Of a stretch of 64,000 nt of DNA, positions 26,300 through 36,313 are shown one piece after another. Position 1 is the first letter of the stretch, and every line of letters begins with the position of its first letter. Under the pieces are notes generated by a model that was given only the letters and a program-made list of their open reading frames with translations, was not told the DNA's origin and searched no databases. The DNA comes from a bacterium (GTDB lineage Bacteria; Bacteroidota; Bacteroidia; Bacteroidales; Bacteroidaceae): positions 90,788-154,787 of the forward strand of contig CAVCGK010000002.1 of the NCBI GenBank assembly GCA_963601795.1, read 5' to 3'. A program made the position numbers and the translations under genes.

Positions 26300-29128
26300 C
26301 TACTTTTTCTCAAGCAATTTGCTGACGAAGCGTGCGGTGTAGCCCTTAGGGCAATGAGTCATCTCTTCAGGTGTGCCAGTGAACATCACTTCGCCTCCCG
26401 ACCTACCTCCCTCGGGACCCATGTCGATGATGTGGTCAGCAAGTTTTATGACGTCGAGGTTATGTTCTATCACCACCACCGTGTTACCCTTGTCGACAAG
26501 TTTCTGAAGCACATCCATCAACACCCTTATATCTTCGAAATGCAGTCCTGTGGTAGGTTCGTCAAGGATATAAAGCGTTTTGCCAGTGTCCTTCTTCGAC
26601 AGTTCGGTGGCAAGTTTCACACGCTGGCTCTCACCACCTGAGAGAGTTGTCGACGGCTGACCGAGTTTTATATATCCCAGTCCCACGTCCTGTATAGTCT
26701 TTATCTTCCTCAATATATGTGGCACATTCTCGAAGAACTCCACGGCCTGATTGATGGTCATGTCGAGAACGTCGGCTATGCTCTTGCCACGAAATCTCAC
26801 CTCAAGAGTTTCCCTGTTATAACGTTTGCCGTGGCATACGTCGCATGGTATGGTGACATCTGGCAGGAAGTTCATCTCTATGGTCTTATATCCGTTGCCA
26901 CCGCAATTTTCGCATCTTCCTCCCTTCACATTGAATGAGAACCGTCCTGGCTTGTAGCCTCTTATCTTTGCCTCGGGTAGCTCCACGAAGAGTGTGCGAA
27001 TGTCAGAGAACACTCCAGTATATGTAGCAGGATTTGACCTCGGAGTGCGTCCGAGCGGACTCTGGTCTACTGTCACCACCTTATCTATATTGTCTATGCC
27101 ATCGATGCTTGTGTAAGGCATAGGTTTCTTCAGCGAACGATAGAAATGGTGCGACAGGATGGGTTGCAAGGTCTCGTTAATAAGTGTGGACTTGCCACTG
27201 CCACTCACGCCCGTCACCACGATAAGTTTGCCCAAAGGGAAATCCATGTCTACTCCCTTAAGGTTGTTTCCTGTACATCCCTTCAGAGATATGCATTTTC
27301 CATTGCCCTCTCTTCTCGTCTGTGGTATTTCTATCTTGCGCTCGCCATTGAGATATTGGCTCGTGGTGGTGTGCGAAGCGAGCATCTGCTGTGGAGTGCC
27401 TTGGAATACGACCTCACCACCCTTGCGTCCTGCTCCGGGACCTATGTCGACGATATAGTCTGATGCCAACATCATGTCCTCGTCGTGTTCCACGATAAGC
27501 ACCGTGTTGCCTATGTCGCGCAGTTCCTTCAATGAGTCTATGAGTCGCTGGTTGTCACGCTGGTGCAGACCGATGCTCGGCTCGTCAAGGATATAGAGCA
27601 CGTTGACCAGTTGGCTGCCTATCTGTGTGGCGAGTCTTATGCGTTGGCTCTCGCCTCCTGAGAGAGTGGTGGAAGCACGATTGAGAGTGAGATAGTCGAG
27701 TCCCACCTCCAGCAGGAAATGCACTCTCGAACTAATCTCCTTTATTATCTCCTGAGCTATAGCCTTTTGTTTCTCGCTCATGTGCAGGTGCACATTGGTA
27801 ATCCATTCATCGAGATCCTTGATGTCGAGATTAGAAACCTCGGCGATATTTTTGTCCCATATCTTATAGGAAAGGGCTTCTTTGTTGAGTCGTTGTCCTT
27901 TGCACACAGGACATGTCACATCCTGCAAGAACTGCTCTGCCCATTTCTGTCCCGTACTGCTGTCGTCGTTGTCCATCACCGAGCGCAGATATTTTATTAT
28001 GCCGTCGAAGTCGGTGAAATAGTCAGACGATGTCTTGCATACATTCTTGTCGATGCGCACCTTCTCCATGCTGCCGTTGAGAATCTCGTTCATGGCATCC
28101 TCAGAGATGTCGCTTATGGGAGTTTTCAGCGTGTAGCCATAGTTATCGAGCAGAGCCTGTATCTGCCAGAATATCATCTGGTTCTTATATTTACCCAATG
28201 GCACTATACCGCCATTGTAGATGGAAGCAGAGGTATTTGGGATTACCTTCTTCAGGTCTATGTCGCTCACCATGCCCAGTCCTTTGCAGTGGGGGCAAGC
28301 ACCTTGGGGCGAGTTGAATGAGAAGTTGTTTGGTGCCGGATCGGAATAAGAGATGCCAGTGGTTGGACACATCAGTCGCTTGGAGAAATACTTCACGCTC
28401 TCGTCTTCATTGTCGAGAATCATCGTAAGTCCGTCGCCCTGCTTCATGGCTATCTTCACCGAACCCTTCAGACGATCCTCATCCTTTGGCTGCACCTTCA
28501 GACGGTCGATGACAACCTCTATGTTATGGTTCTTGTAGCGGTCCACTTTCATGCCACGCTCCAATTCCACCACATCGCCATCAATTCTCACATAGAGAAA
28601 ACCTTTCTTGCGGAGCGACTCGAAGAGTTCACGATAGTGTCCCTTGCGACTTCTCACTACGGGAGCAAGAATCTGAATCTTGTGACCGTCATATCTCTCA
28701 AGAATCATCTCTATGACCTTCTCTTCGGTGTATTTCACCATCTTTTCGCCCGTGGCATAGCTGTAAGCCTCGCCAGCACGTGCATAGAGGAGTCGTATGT
28801 AGTCATATATCTCCGTCTGCGTGCCCACGGTGGAGCGTGGATTGCGGTTGGTGGTCTTCTGGTCTATACTGATAACTGGCGACAGACCCGTAATCTTGTC
28901 CACATCAGGACGATCCATGTTGCCCATGAAATTGCGTGCATAGGCAGAGAAGGTTTCTATATAACGGCGCTGTCCCTCGGCGAATATGGTGTCAAAAGCC
29001 AATGACGACTTTCCCGAACCGCTAAGACCTGTTATGACGGTCATCTTGTCACGGGGAATCTCCACATCGATGTTCTTCAGATTGTGTGTGCGTGCTCCCC
29101 AGACATTTATCTTGTTATCCTCTGACAT
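26300..29128 (-). CDS. uvrA: Excinuclease ABC subunit A
   Basis: Two Walker A motifs (GLSGSGKS, GVSGSGKS), LSGGESQR, zinc fingers. Confidence 0.98.
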   Translation of the reverse strand: MSEDNKINVWGARTHNLKNIDVEIPRDKMTVITGLSGSGKSSLAFDTIFAEGQRRYIETFSAYARNFMGNMDRPDVDKITGLSPVISIDQKTTNRNPRSTVGTQTEIYDYIRLLYARAGEAYSYATGEKMVKYTEEKVIEMILERYDGHKIQILAPVVRSRKGHYRELFESLRKKGFLYVRIDGDVVELERGMKVDRYKNHNIEVVIDRLKVQPKDEDRLKGSVKIAMKQGDGLTMILDNEDESVKYFSKRLMCPTTGISYSDPAPNNFSFNSPQGACPHCKGLGMVSDIDLKKVIPNTSASIYNGGIVPLGKYKNQMIFWQIQALLDNYGYTLKTPISDISEDAMNEILNGSMEKVRIDKNVCKTSSDYFTDFDGIIKYLRSVMDNDDSSTGQKWAEQFLQDVTCPVCKGQRLNKEALSYKIWDKNIAEVSNLDIKDLDEWITNVHLHMSEKQKAIAQEIIKEISSRVHFLLEVGLDYLTLNRASTTLSGGESQRIRLATQIGSQLVNVLYILDEPSIGLHQRDNQRLIDSLKELRDIGNTVLIVEHDEDMMLASDYIVDIGPGAGRKGGEVVFQGTPQQMLASHTTTSQYLNGERKIEIPQTRREGNGKCISLKGCTGNNLKGVDMDFPLGKLIVVTGVSGSGKSTLINETLQPILSHHFYRSLKKPMPYTSIDGIDNIDKVVTVDQSPLGRTPRSNPATYTGVFSDIRTLFVELPEAKIRGYKPGRFSFNVKGGRCENCGGNGYKTIEMNFLPDVTIPCDVCHGKRYNRETLEVRFRGKSIADVLDMTINQAVEFFENVPHILRKIKTIQDVGLGYIKLGQPSTTLSGGESQRVKLATELSKKDTGKTLYILDEPTTGLHFEDIRVLMDVLQKLVDKGNTVVVIEHNLDVIKLADHIIDMGPEGGRSGGEVMFTGTPEEMTHCPKGYTARFVSKLLEKK

Positions 29129-29155
29129 TTATATCCTTGTGTTGTCCTTTGACGT

Positions 29156-29872
29156 TTAGTTGTTGGTTGTGCTACTCTCGTCCACTATATTTCTCAGCAG
29201 ATTGACATCCCTCTTGATGTCATATCTTATGCCGTCGGCACCTTTGGCAGTAACGCGGCAGAAGTAGACACCCTGCGCCACGTCCTTGCCATTAAACTTG
29301 CCATCCCATCCCTGTCCGTCAGGGTCAGTCCATTCATATAGCTTCTGTCCCCAGCGGTTGTAGATTACCGCCTTGAACTCAATGAGGCTCTGATGGCTTT
29401 TCGGCCTATAGTAGTCGTTGATGTTGTCATTGTTGGGTGAAAAAGCGTTGGGCATCTCGAGTTTACTCTCCGAGATGGTCACGCTGAGAGGTGTCATCTC
29501 GCTCCAGTAGTCTTGCGTGTAGGCAATACTGTCGTTGCCCTGCGTGAAAATGGCATAGCACACTATGCGAGTGGTTCCCGACTTGGTGAACGTGTAGTCC
29601 GTATCCTGTTCGTATCTAATGAGATAGGGTGAAGTCTCACTGTCGCTCGTAAACCTCCACTCATAATATGTAGTCCAGCCGTCGGTATTCTCAGGATTGG
29701 CATAGAAATGAGCCTCTAGAGGGGCACTTCCCGAGTAAGACACAGACTCTTCCTCGCCATCGGAAGTGACAAATGTAGCTGAAGGATTTATCGTGGGCAT
29801 CTCGTCTTGAGCGCCGACAATGGCAGAGATAGTGCAGAGCAAAATGACAAATATTATCCTAATGTGTTTCAT
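29156..29872 (-). CDS. PKD-like protein with gliding-motility-associated (type B T9SS) C-terminal domain
   Basis: PNAFSPNNDNIND, IYNRWGQ, GWDG, GVYF; likely start MKHIRII at 29872. Confidence 0.85.
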   Translation of the reverse strand: MKHIRIIFVILLCTISAIVGAQDEMPTINPSATFVTSDGEEESVSYSGSAPLEAHFYANPENTDGWTTYYEWRFTSDSETSPYLIRYEQDTDYTFTKSGTTRIVCYAIFTQGNDSIAYTQDYWSEMTPLSVTISESKLEMPNAFSPNNDNINDYYRPKSHQSLIEFKAVIYNRWGQKLYEWTDPDGQGWDGKFNGKDVAQGVYFCRVTAKGADGIRYDIKRDVNLLRNIVDESSTTNN

Positions 29873-29967
29873 TATTGTGATTGTCTTATTTGCAAAAATA
29901 GTCAAAATAGTTGATTGTGATACTCTTTTTTTGTATTTTTGCATTTGCTTTAAGTAAAAAGTTGATT

Positions 29968-31308
29968 ATGCGGATTATTTCCAGACTCATATACATAGCT
30001 CTGCTTCTAATGTTGCCAGCTTGCATCTTTGCACAGACAACAGTGTGGAGAGACATCTACAAGGTAAAAAAGAAAGACACTATCTATGGCATAGCCACGT
30101 CATATGGCCTCACCGTAGACCAGCTCATGAATGCCAACCCCGAGATGCGCCAGCCCGACTTCAAACTTAAGAAGGGCGACACAGTGTTTATTCCCTATGC
30201 CGAGAAAGTGAAGCCGCAGACAACGGCGACAAAGGCTCAGGTGCAGAAGAAAACGGTGAAGGTGGGTGTGATGCTCCCCTTGCATGATGTCGACGGCGAC
30301 GGAAAGCGCATGGTGGAATATTATCGCGGACTGCTCATAGGATGCGACTCACTGCGTCAAGCAGGAATAAACACCGAAATTCACGCTTGGAACATTTCCA
30401 TAGATGACGACATCAGAGTGAAACTCCTTGAGGAAGACGTGAGGAAGATGGATATTATCTTCGGTCCGCTCTATACGAAGCAGGTGAAATATGTGGCAGA
30501 CTTCTGCAAGTCTAACAACATAAAACTCGTCATTCCTTTCTCTATCACTGCCGACGACGTGAACACCAATACGAACGTTTGGCAGGTGTATCAGTCGGAA
30601 TATCAACTCAACGAGAAGTCTATAGCCGCCTTTCAGGAGCGATTTAAGGACTGCAACCCCATCTTCATTGGTTGCAATGATGCCACAAGCACCAAGGGGC
30701 ATTTCACTTCTGCCCTACGCAAGAGTTTGGAAGCAAAAGGCACAAAGGTGCGCGTGACAAACATAGAAACTCCCGACGACGATTTCTACAAGGCTTTCCT
30801 TAAAGGCAAGCGCAATGTAGTAATTCTCAATACTGGTCGCTCGCAGGAACTCAACCTCGTGTTCCGACGTCTCAACCGCCTTATGGAACTTGCTCCCGAC
30901 TGTCAGATTTCCATCTTCGGATATACAGACTGGCTAATGTATGAGAGCACCTATCGCACACTCTTCCACAAATATGACGCTTACATCCCTTCCACCTTTT
31001 ATTATTATAAGGGATTGGGCAAAGTGGCTGCCTTTGAGCGCAACTATGTGAAATGGTTTGGCACAGGACTGCAGGAACGCTATGTGCCGAGATTTGCCAT
31101 AACGGGCTTCGACCATGCACAGTTCTTTATCCGTGGACTGGCAGAGCGCGGCAAGACTTTCACCGGCCAGGCAGGCGAGTCACATTATAACGCCATGCAG
31201 ACACCACTGAAGTTTGTCAAGACATCATCGGCAGGAGGATATCAGAACAAGGCATTCCAACTTGTGCACTACCGCAAGGACGGAGTGATAGAATCTGTGG
31301 CTTATTGA
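29968..31308 (+). CDS. LysM domain protein with periplasmic-binding-protein type 1 (LppC-like) domain
   Basis: YKVKKKDTIYGIA...LMNANP LysM; KVGVMLP, DIIFGPLY; likely start MRIISR at 29968. Confidence 0.85.
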   Translation: MRIISRLIYIALLLMLPACIFAQTTVWRDIYKVKKKDTIYGIATSYGLTVDQLMNANPEMRQPDFKLKKGDTVFIPYAEKVKPQTTATKAQVQKKTVKVGVMLPLHDVDGDGKRMVEYYRGLLIGCDSLRQAGINTEIHAWNISIDDDIRVKLLEEDVRKMDIIFGPLYTKQVKYVADFCKSNNIKLVIPFSITADDVNTNTNVWQVYQSEYQLNEKSIAAFQERFKDCNPIFIGCNDATSTKGHFTSALRKSLEAKGTKVRVTNIETPDDDFYKAFLKGKRNVVILNTGRSQELNLVFRRLNRLMELAPDCQISIFGYTDWLMYESTYRTLFHKYDAYIPSTFYYYKGLGKVAAFERNYVKWFGTGLQERYVPRFAITGFDHAQFFIRGLAERGKTFTGQAGESHYNAMQTPLKFVKTSSAGGYQNKAFQLVHYRKDGVIESVAY

Positions 31309-31349
31309 CCTATCCTATCCATCTCTACCTTGCCACTTCAATACACATT

Positions 31350-32135
31350 ATGACTGACAATAACAAGACATATCTTAGAACGCTGCTTCTCATTATCGCT
31401 ATGGCTCTCTTGATGCCACGGCAGATGATGGCACAGATAGGCGACTACCGCAACGACTTTGCCATTGGCGTGAATGCCGGATACATGATGACAAACGTGG
31501 GATTCTCGCCCAAGGTGACACAAAAGTCAAAGCCGGGACTCACGGGCGGACTGTCGTTCCGATATACCAGCGAGAAATATTTCAAGACCGTGTGCAGTGT
31601 GTATGCCGAACTTAACTATGCCCAGATGGGATGGCGCGAGAACATCGTCACTCTGAAGTCAGAACCCGTCATAGGAGCATCTGGCGAGGCAGAGAAGTAT
31701 GACCGACGCATCAACTACATCCAACTGCCCATAATGGCACAACTCATGTGGGGCAGAGAGAAGCGCGGATGCAGTTTCTTCTTTCAGGCAGGACCGCAGT
31801 TTGGCTATATGTTGTCGGAATCTACAAAGACAAATTTCACTCTCGACAATGCCAATACTACCGACCGTGCCAACACCACCATAGAGCAGTTCTCCATGCC
31901 TGTGGAAAAGAAGCTCGACTATGGCATCTGCGCTGGATTCGGAATGCAATATTCGCATCCTAATGTAGGGCATTTCCTTCTCGAGGGCAGATACTATTAC
32001 GGACTCGGTAACATCTACTCCTCATCAAAACGCGACTATTTCAGCAAATCAAATCATGGTGCCATAGAGATAAAACTCGCATATCTGATAGACTTGCGGT
32101 CTACGAAGACGAATACAAATAATACAATAAAATAA
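31350..32135 (+). CDS. Outer membrane beta-barrel (PorT-like porin family) protein
   Basis: Signal peptide; ELNYAQMGW, NYIQLP, LEGRYYYGLGN. Confidence 0.8.
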   Translation: MTDNNKTYLRTLLLIIAMALLMPRQMMAQIGDYRNDFAIGVNAGYMMTNVGFSPKVTQKSKPGLTGGLSFRYTSEKYFKTVCSVYAELNYAQMGWRENIVTLKSEPVIGASGEAEKYDRRINYIQLPIMAQLMWGREKRGCSFFFQAGPQFGYMLSESTKTNFTLDNANTTDRANTTIEQFSMPVEKKLDYGICAGFGMQYSHPNVGHFLLEGRYYYGLGNIYSSSKRDYFSKSNHGAIEIKLAYLIDLRSTKTNTNNTIK

Positions 32136-32162
32136 ACAATCTAAAAACAAAACTACATCATT

Positions 32163-33665
32163 ATGTTTGAAGGACAACCAAAAGGCCTTTGGGCTTTGGC
32201 TCTTGCCAACACAGGTGAACGTTTCGGATACTACACCATGCTCGCCGTGTTCATTCTCTTCTTGCAGGCTAATTTCGGATGGACATCCGGTATGGCAGGC
32301 ACAGTCTACTCATCATTCTTGGCTTGCGTCTACTTCTTGCCTATCATAGGTGGTGCAGCAGCCGACAAATGGGGCTACTCAAAGATGGTGACCATCGGTA
32401 TCTTCATCATGTTCCTTGGCTATCTGCTTCTCTCCATCCCTATGGGAGCTGACATGCCAGCTATCCTTGCCATGGTGGCAGCACTGTTGCTCGTGAGCCT
32501 CGGCACAGGACTCTTCAAGGGCAACCTGCAGGTCATGGTGGGCGACCTCTACAATGACCCAAAGTATGCACAGAAGCGCGATGCTGGTTTCTCACTCTTC
32601 TATATGCTCATCAATGTGGGTGCCATGTTTGCTCCTACTGCTGCCATCGGCATCATGAACTGGGCACAGAAGTCTCTACACATCAGCGAGGCTGACTCCT
32701 ATCATTTCGCCTTCGCAGTGGCTTGCGTGTCGCTCATCGTTTCCATCGCCATCTACTACACATTCAAGTCTACTTTCGCACAGGTGCTGGCAGTAGACAA
32801 GAAGGCTGGTGCTGTCAAGGAGGAAGTGAAGGACGAGATGTCGCCAGCCGAGACCAAAGAGCGCATTGTTTGCCTCTGCCTCGTCTTTGCAGTTGTCATC
32901 TTCTTCTGGATGGCATTCCATCAGAATGGTGCCACACTGACATATTTCGCACGTGACTTCGTGGCTACCACAGCAAACGGTGTGACAGCTATGGAAATGG
33001 ATGTTACCAACCTCGTTGCCTGCATCTTCATCGTATACGGTCTCTTCGGTTTGTTCCAGAACAAGGGTAAGGGAAAGATTATCTCTGCTATTGTCATCAT
33101 TGCAGCAGTGGCTTACATCGCTTACAACTACATGAACGTAACTGAGGTTGCAGTGTCTGCTCCTATCTTCCAGCAGTTTAACCCATGCTTCGTTATAGCC
33201 CTCACACCAGTAAGCATCGGCATCTTCGGATGGCTCGCAAAGAAGGGCAAGGAACCAAAGGCTCCTGTGAAGATTGGTCTCGGAATGGTTGTTGCAGCCA
33301 TCGCATATCTCATCATGACCATGTCTACAATGTCTCTGCCAGCTCCTGATGCTGTCAACCCAACACATCTTGCAGACATGAGTCCTAACCTCCTCGTAGG
33401 TGTATATCTCATCCTCACCTTTGCCGAGTTGCTCCTTTCACCTATCGGCATCTCATTTGTGACAAAGGTGGCTCCTACAAAATACAAGGGCGTAATGATG
33501 GGACTCTGGTTTGGTGCTACTGCAATAGGTAATTTCCTTGTAGCTATCCCTACCATGCTTTGGGGCAATGCCCACTACGTAGTATGGGGCACTCTGATGT
33601 GCATCTGCCTCTTGGCAGCACTGTTCATCTTCTCTATCATCAAGAAGCTCAACAAGGTGGCATAA
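32163..33665 (+). CDS. POT/PTR family proton-dependent di/tripeptide transporter
   Basis: GERFGYY, GTGLFKGN, FSLFYMLINVG, ELLLSPIG. Confidence 0.93.
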   Translation: MFEGQPKGLWALALANTGERFGYYTMLAVFILFLQANFGWTSGMAGTVYSSFLACVYFLPIIGGAAADKWGYSKMVTIGIFIMFLGYLLLSIPMGADMPAILAMVAALLLVSLGTGLFKGNLQVMVGDLYNDPKYAQKRDAGFSLFYMLINVGAMFAPTAAIGIMNWAQKSLHISEADSYHFAFAVACVSLIVSIAIYYTFKSTFAQVLAVDKKAGAVKEEVKDEMSPAETKERIVCLCLVFAVVIFFWMAFHQNGATLTYFARDFVATTANGVTAMEMDVTNLVACIFIVYGLFGLFQNKGKGKIISAIVIIAAVAYIAYNYMNVTEVAVSAPIFQQFNPCFVIALTPVSIGIFGWLAKKGKEPKAPVKIGLGMVVAAIAYLIMTMSTMSLPAPDAVNPTHLADMSPNLLVGVYLILTFAELLLSPIGISFVTKVAPTKYKGVMMGLWFGATAIGNFLVAIPTMLWGNAHYVVWGTLMCICLLAALFIFSIIKKLNKVA

Positions 33666-33681
33666 CAGTTCCGCCATCAAC

Positions 33682-33729
33682 ATAAACGATAAAGGGCATG
33701 TCCGTTTGGGCATGCCCTTTATCGTTTAT
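33682..33729 (+). terminator. Long intrinsic terminator hairpin
   Basis: ATAAACGATAAAGGGCATG / CATGCCCTTTATCGTTTAT 19-bp arms. Confidence 0.85.
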
Positions 33730-33825
33730 ATACATCGAGGAATACCAATTATTAGGTATTTTGCACCACATCATTACCTACATTGCTTATTATTTGGTAA
33801 CTTTGTGGAATAAATATAAATAAGA

Positions 33826-36258
33826 ATGAAACTGTCAGAACTGCATACAGGGGAAAAAGCTGTAATAGTAAAAGTTACCGGACACGGAGGTTTCCGCAAG
33901 CGCATTGTGGAGATGGGATTTATAAAAGGGCAGACGGTAAGCGTATTGCTTAACGCTCCACTGCAGGATCCTGTGAAATACAAGGTGATGGGCTATGAGG
34001 TGAGCCTCCGCCACTCGGAAGCAGAGATGATAGAAGTCATTCCTGAAAATGATGCCATAAAAGGTGACGAGGTTGGGAAGGAAGAGGTTGACAATAAACC
34101 TATACCCGTAGACACGAAGGCATGCAATGTGAAGAACAATGCGGCTGAGGGTACGGAAACACTACGCGAGTTTCGCACCATAAACGTTGCTCTTGTGGGC
34201 AATCCCAACTGTGGCAAGACATCCCTTTTCAACTTTGCCAGCGGAGCACATGAACGCGTGGGCAACTATTCAGGTGTCACCGTAGATGCAAAGGAAGGAC
34301 ATGCGGAGTTTGGCGGATATCATTTCAATCTTGTAGACCTGCCAGGTACATACTCCCTCTCTGCCTACTCTCCCGAGGAACTCTATGTAAGACGACAGAT
34401 TGTAGACCACACGCCAGACATCATCATCAACGTGATAGACGCTTCCAACATAGAGCGCAACCTTTATCTCACCACTCAGCTCATTGACATGCACTTGCGC
34501 ATAGTCTGCGCCCTCAACATGTTTGACGAGACCGAACAACGTGGCGACAACATAGACATAGACAAACTGAGTTCGCTTCTCGGCATTCCGATGGTGCCCA
34601 CGGTATTCAAAAGCGGAAGGGGCGTGGAGCAACTGTTCCAAAAAATTATCGACCTCTATGAGGGAACAGAGGATTCTGACCCTCACTACCGCCATATCCA
34701 CATCAACCACGGACATGAGATAGAGCATGGCATACAGGAGATACAGGAGCATCTGAAACTGGAAAACGACCTACGACAGAGATATTCCACACGTTTCCTC
34801 GCCATAAAACTTCTTGAAAATGATGCGGAGATAGAGAACTTCATCAAGGGAATGGGCGATTCAGATGAGATATTGCGCCATAGGAACGAGGCCGCACAAC
34901 GAGTGAAAGAGGAAACGGGCGAGGACTGCGAGACAGCCATCATGGATGCAAAATATGGATTCATACACGGTGCGTTGGAGGAAGCAGGATATAAGCCAGG
35001 ACACAAGAAGGACACTTACCAAACAACACATCTGCTTGACAAGATTCTCACCAACAGGTGGATAGGTCTGCCACTGTTTCTGCTCATCATGGTGGTGATG
35101 TTCACATCTACCTTCGTGCTCGGTCAATACCCTATGGACTGGATAGAGACTGCCGTGGGATGGCTCGGCGACACTATAGGAGAAATCCTTCCCGACGGCA
35201 TAATCAAGGCTATGCTCATTGACGGAATCATAAACGGAGTTGGTTCGGTGATAGTGTTCCTGCCCCAAATTCTTATCCTCTACTTCTTCATCTCATTCAT
35301 GGAGGATAGCGGATATATGGCACGCGCGGCATTCATCATGGACAGACTCATGCACAAGATGGGACTCCACGGCAAGTCATTTATCCCACTCATCATGGGA
35401 TTTGGATGCAATGTGCCAGCAATAATGGCTACACGCACCATAGAAAGCCGACGTAGCCGACTGATAACAATGCTCATATTGCCACTTATGAGTTGCGAAG
35501 CCCGCATACCGGTATACATCATGATAATAGGCACATTCTTCGCCGTGAAATATCAGTCATTGATAATGATGCTTTTGTATCTCACAGGCATCATCATGGC
35601 TATCATCATGAGCAAGATTCTCACGAAGTTCGTACTCAAGGGCGAAGACACTCCTTTCGTTATGGAACTGCCACCCTATCGTTTCCCTACATGGAAGGCT
35701 GTGAGCCGTCACACATGGGAGAAGGGCAAGCAGTATCTGAAGAAAATGGGTGGCATAATCCTCGTGGCAAGCATCGTGGTGTGGGCTTTAGGCTATTTCC
35801 CTCACAACGACTCTCTCGACCAACGTCAACAGCAAGAACAGAGTTACATAGGAATGATAGGCAAGACTGTGGAACCGATATTCACGCCACAGGGCTTCAG
35901 TTGGAAACTCGACGTGGGACTTATAGCAGGTGTTGGTGCCAAGGAGATTGTGGCATCCACACTCGGTGTGCTCTATGCCGATGACGACACTTATGGTGAA
36001 GACAGTTCGTTCGACAGCACTTTGTCGGAGAAATATTCACGCATGCAGCATTTGATGGAGGCAGACGGCATTACACCATTGTCAGCCTTCTGTTTCCTGC
36101 TCTTCACACTCATCTATTTCCCCTGCATTGCCACCATCTCTGCCATCAAGGGCGAGACAGGAAGATGGCGCTACGCTCTCTTTGCTGCCGGATATACCAC
36201 CATATTGGCATGGATAGTGTCGGCTGTGGTCTACCAATTGGGAAGTCTACTTTCTTAG
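33826..36258 (+). CDS. feoB: Ferrous iron transporter, FeoA-FeoB fusion
   Basis: N-terminal FeoA (EMGF...APLQDP), G-domain GNPNCGKT/DLPG/NMFD, membrane domain GFGCNVPA; promoter TAACTTTG 33798-33805. Confidence 0.96.
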   Translation: MKLSELHTGEKAVIVKVTGHGGFRKRIVEMGFIKGQTVSVLLNAPLQDPVKYKVMGYEVSLRHSEAEMIEVIPENDAIKGDEVGKEEVDNKPIPVDTKACNVKNNAAEGTETLREFRTINVALVGNPNCGKTSLFNFASGAHERVGNYSGVTVDAKEGHAEFGGYHFNLVDLPGTYSLSAYSPEELYVRRQIVDHTPDIIINVIDASNIERNLYLTTQLIDMHLRIVCALNMFDETEQRGDNIDIDKLSSLLGIPMVPTVFKSGRGVEQLFQKIIDLYEGTEDSDPHYRHIHINHGHEIEHGIQEIQEHLKLENDLRQRYSTRFLAIKLLENDAEIENFIKGMGDSDEILRHRNEAAQRVKEETGEDCETAIMDAKYGFIHGALEEAGYKPGHKKDTYQTTHLLDKILTNRWIGLPLFLLIMVVMFTSTFVLGQYPMDWIETAVGWLGDTIGEILPDGIIKAMLIDGIINGVGSVIVFLPQILILYFFISFMEDSGYMARAAFIMDRLMHKMGLHGKSFIPLIMGFGCNVPAIMATRTIESRRSRLITMLILPLMSCEARIPVYIMIIGTFFAVKYQSLIMMLLYLTGIIMAIIMSKILTKFVLKGEDTPFVMELPPYRFPTWKAVSRHTWEKGKQYLKKMGGIILVASIVVWALGYFPHNDSLDQRQQQEQSYIGMIGKTVEPIFTPQGFSWKLDVGLIAGVGAKEIVASTLGVLYADDDTYGEDSSFDSTLSEKYSRMQHLMEADGITPLSAFCFLLFTLIYFPCIATISAIKGETGRWRYALFAAGYTTILAWIVSAVVYQLGSLLS

Positions 36259-36313
36259 AGTAATTTTTCTGCTATTCGGAGAATTTTTGTAATTTTGTGG
36301 AAATTTCCCAACT

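Noticed and set aside
3128..26300. tRNA-anchored integrative element or prophage
   Set aside because: No integrase, no distant duplicate of the tRNA 3' end noticed, no phage or conjugation genes; composition looks similar to the flanks by eye
33826..34050. FeoA-FeoB fusion as a novelty
   Set aside because: Already well known in Bacteroidetes
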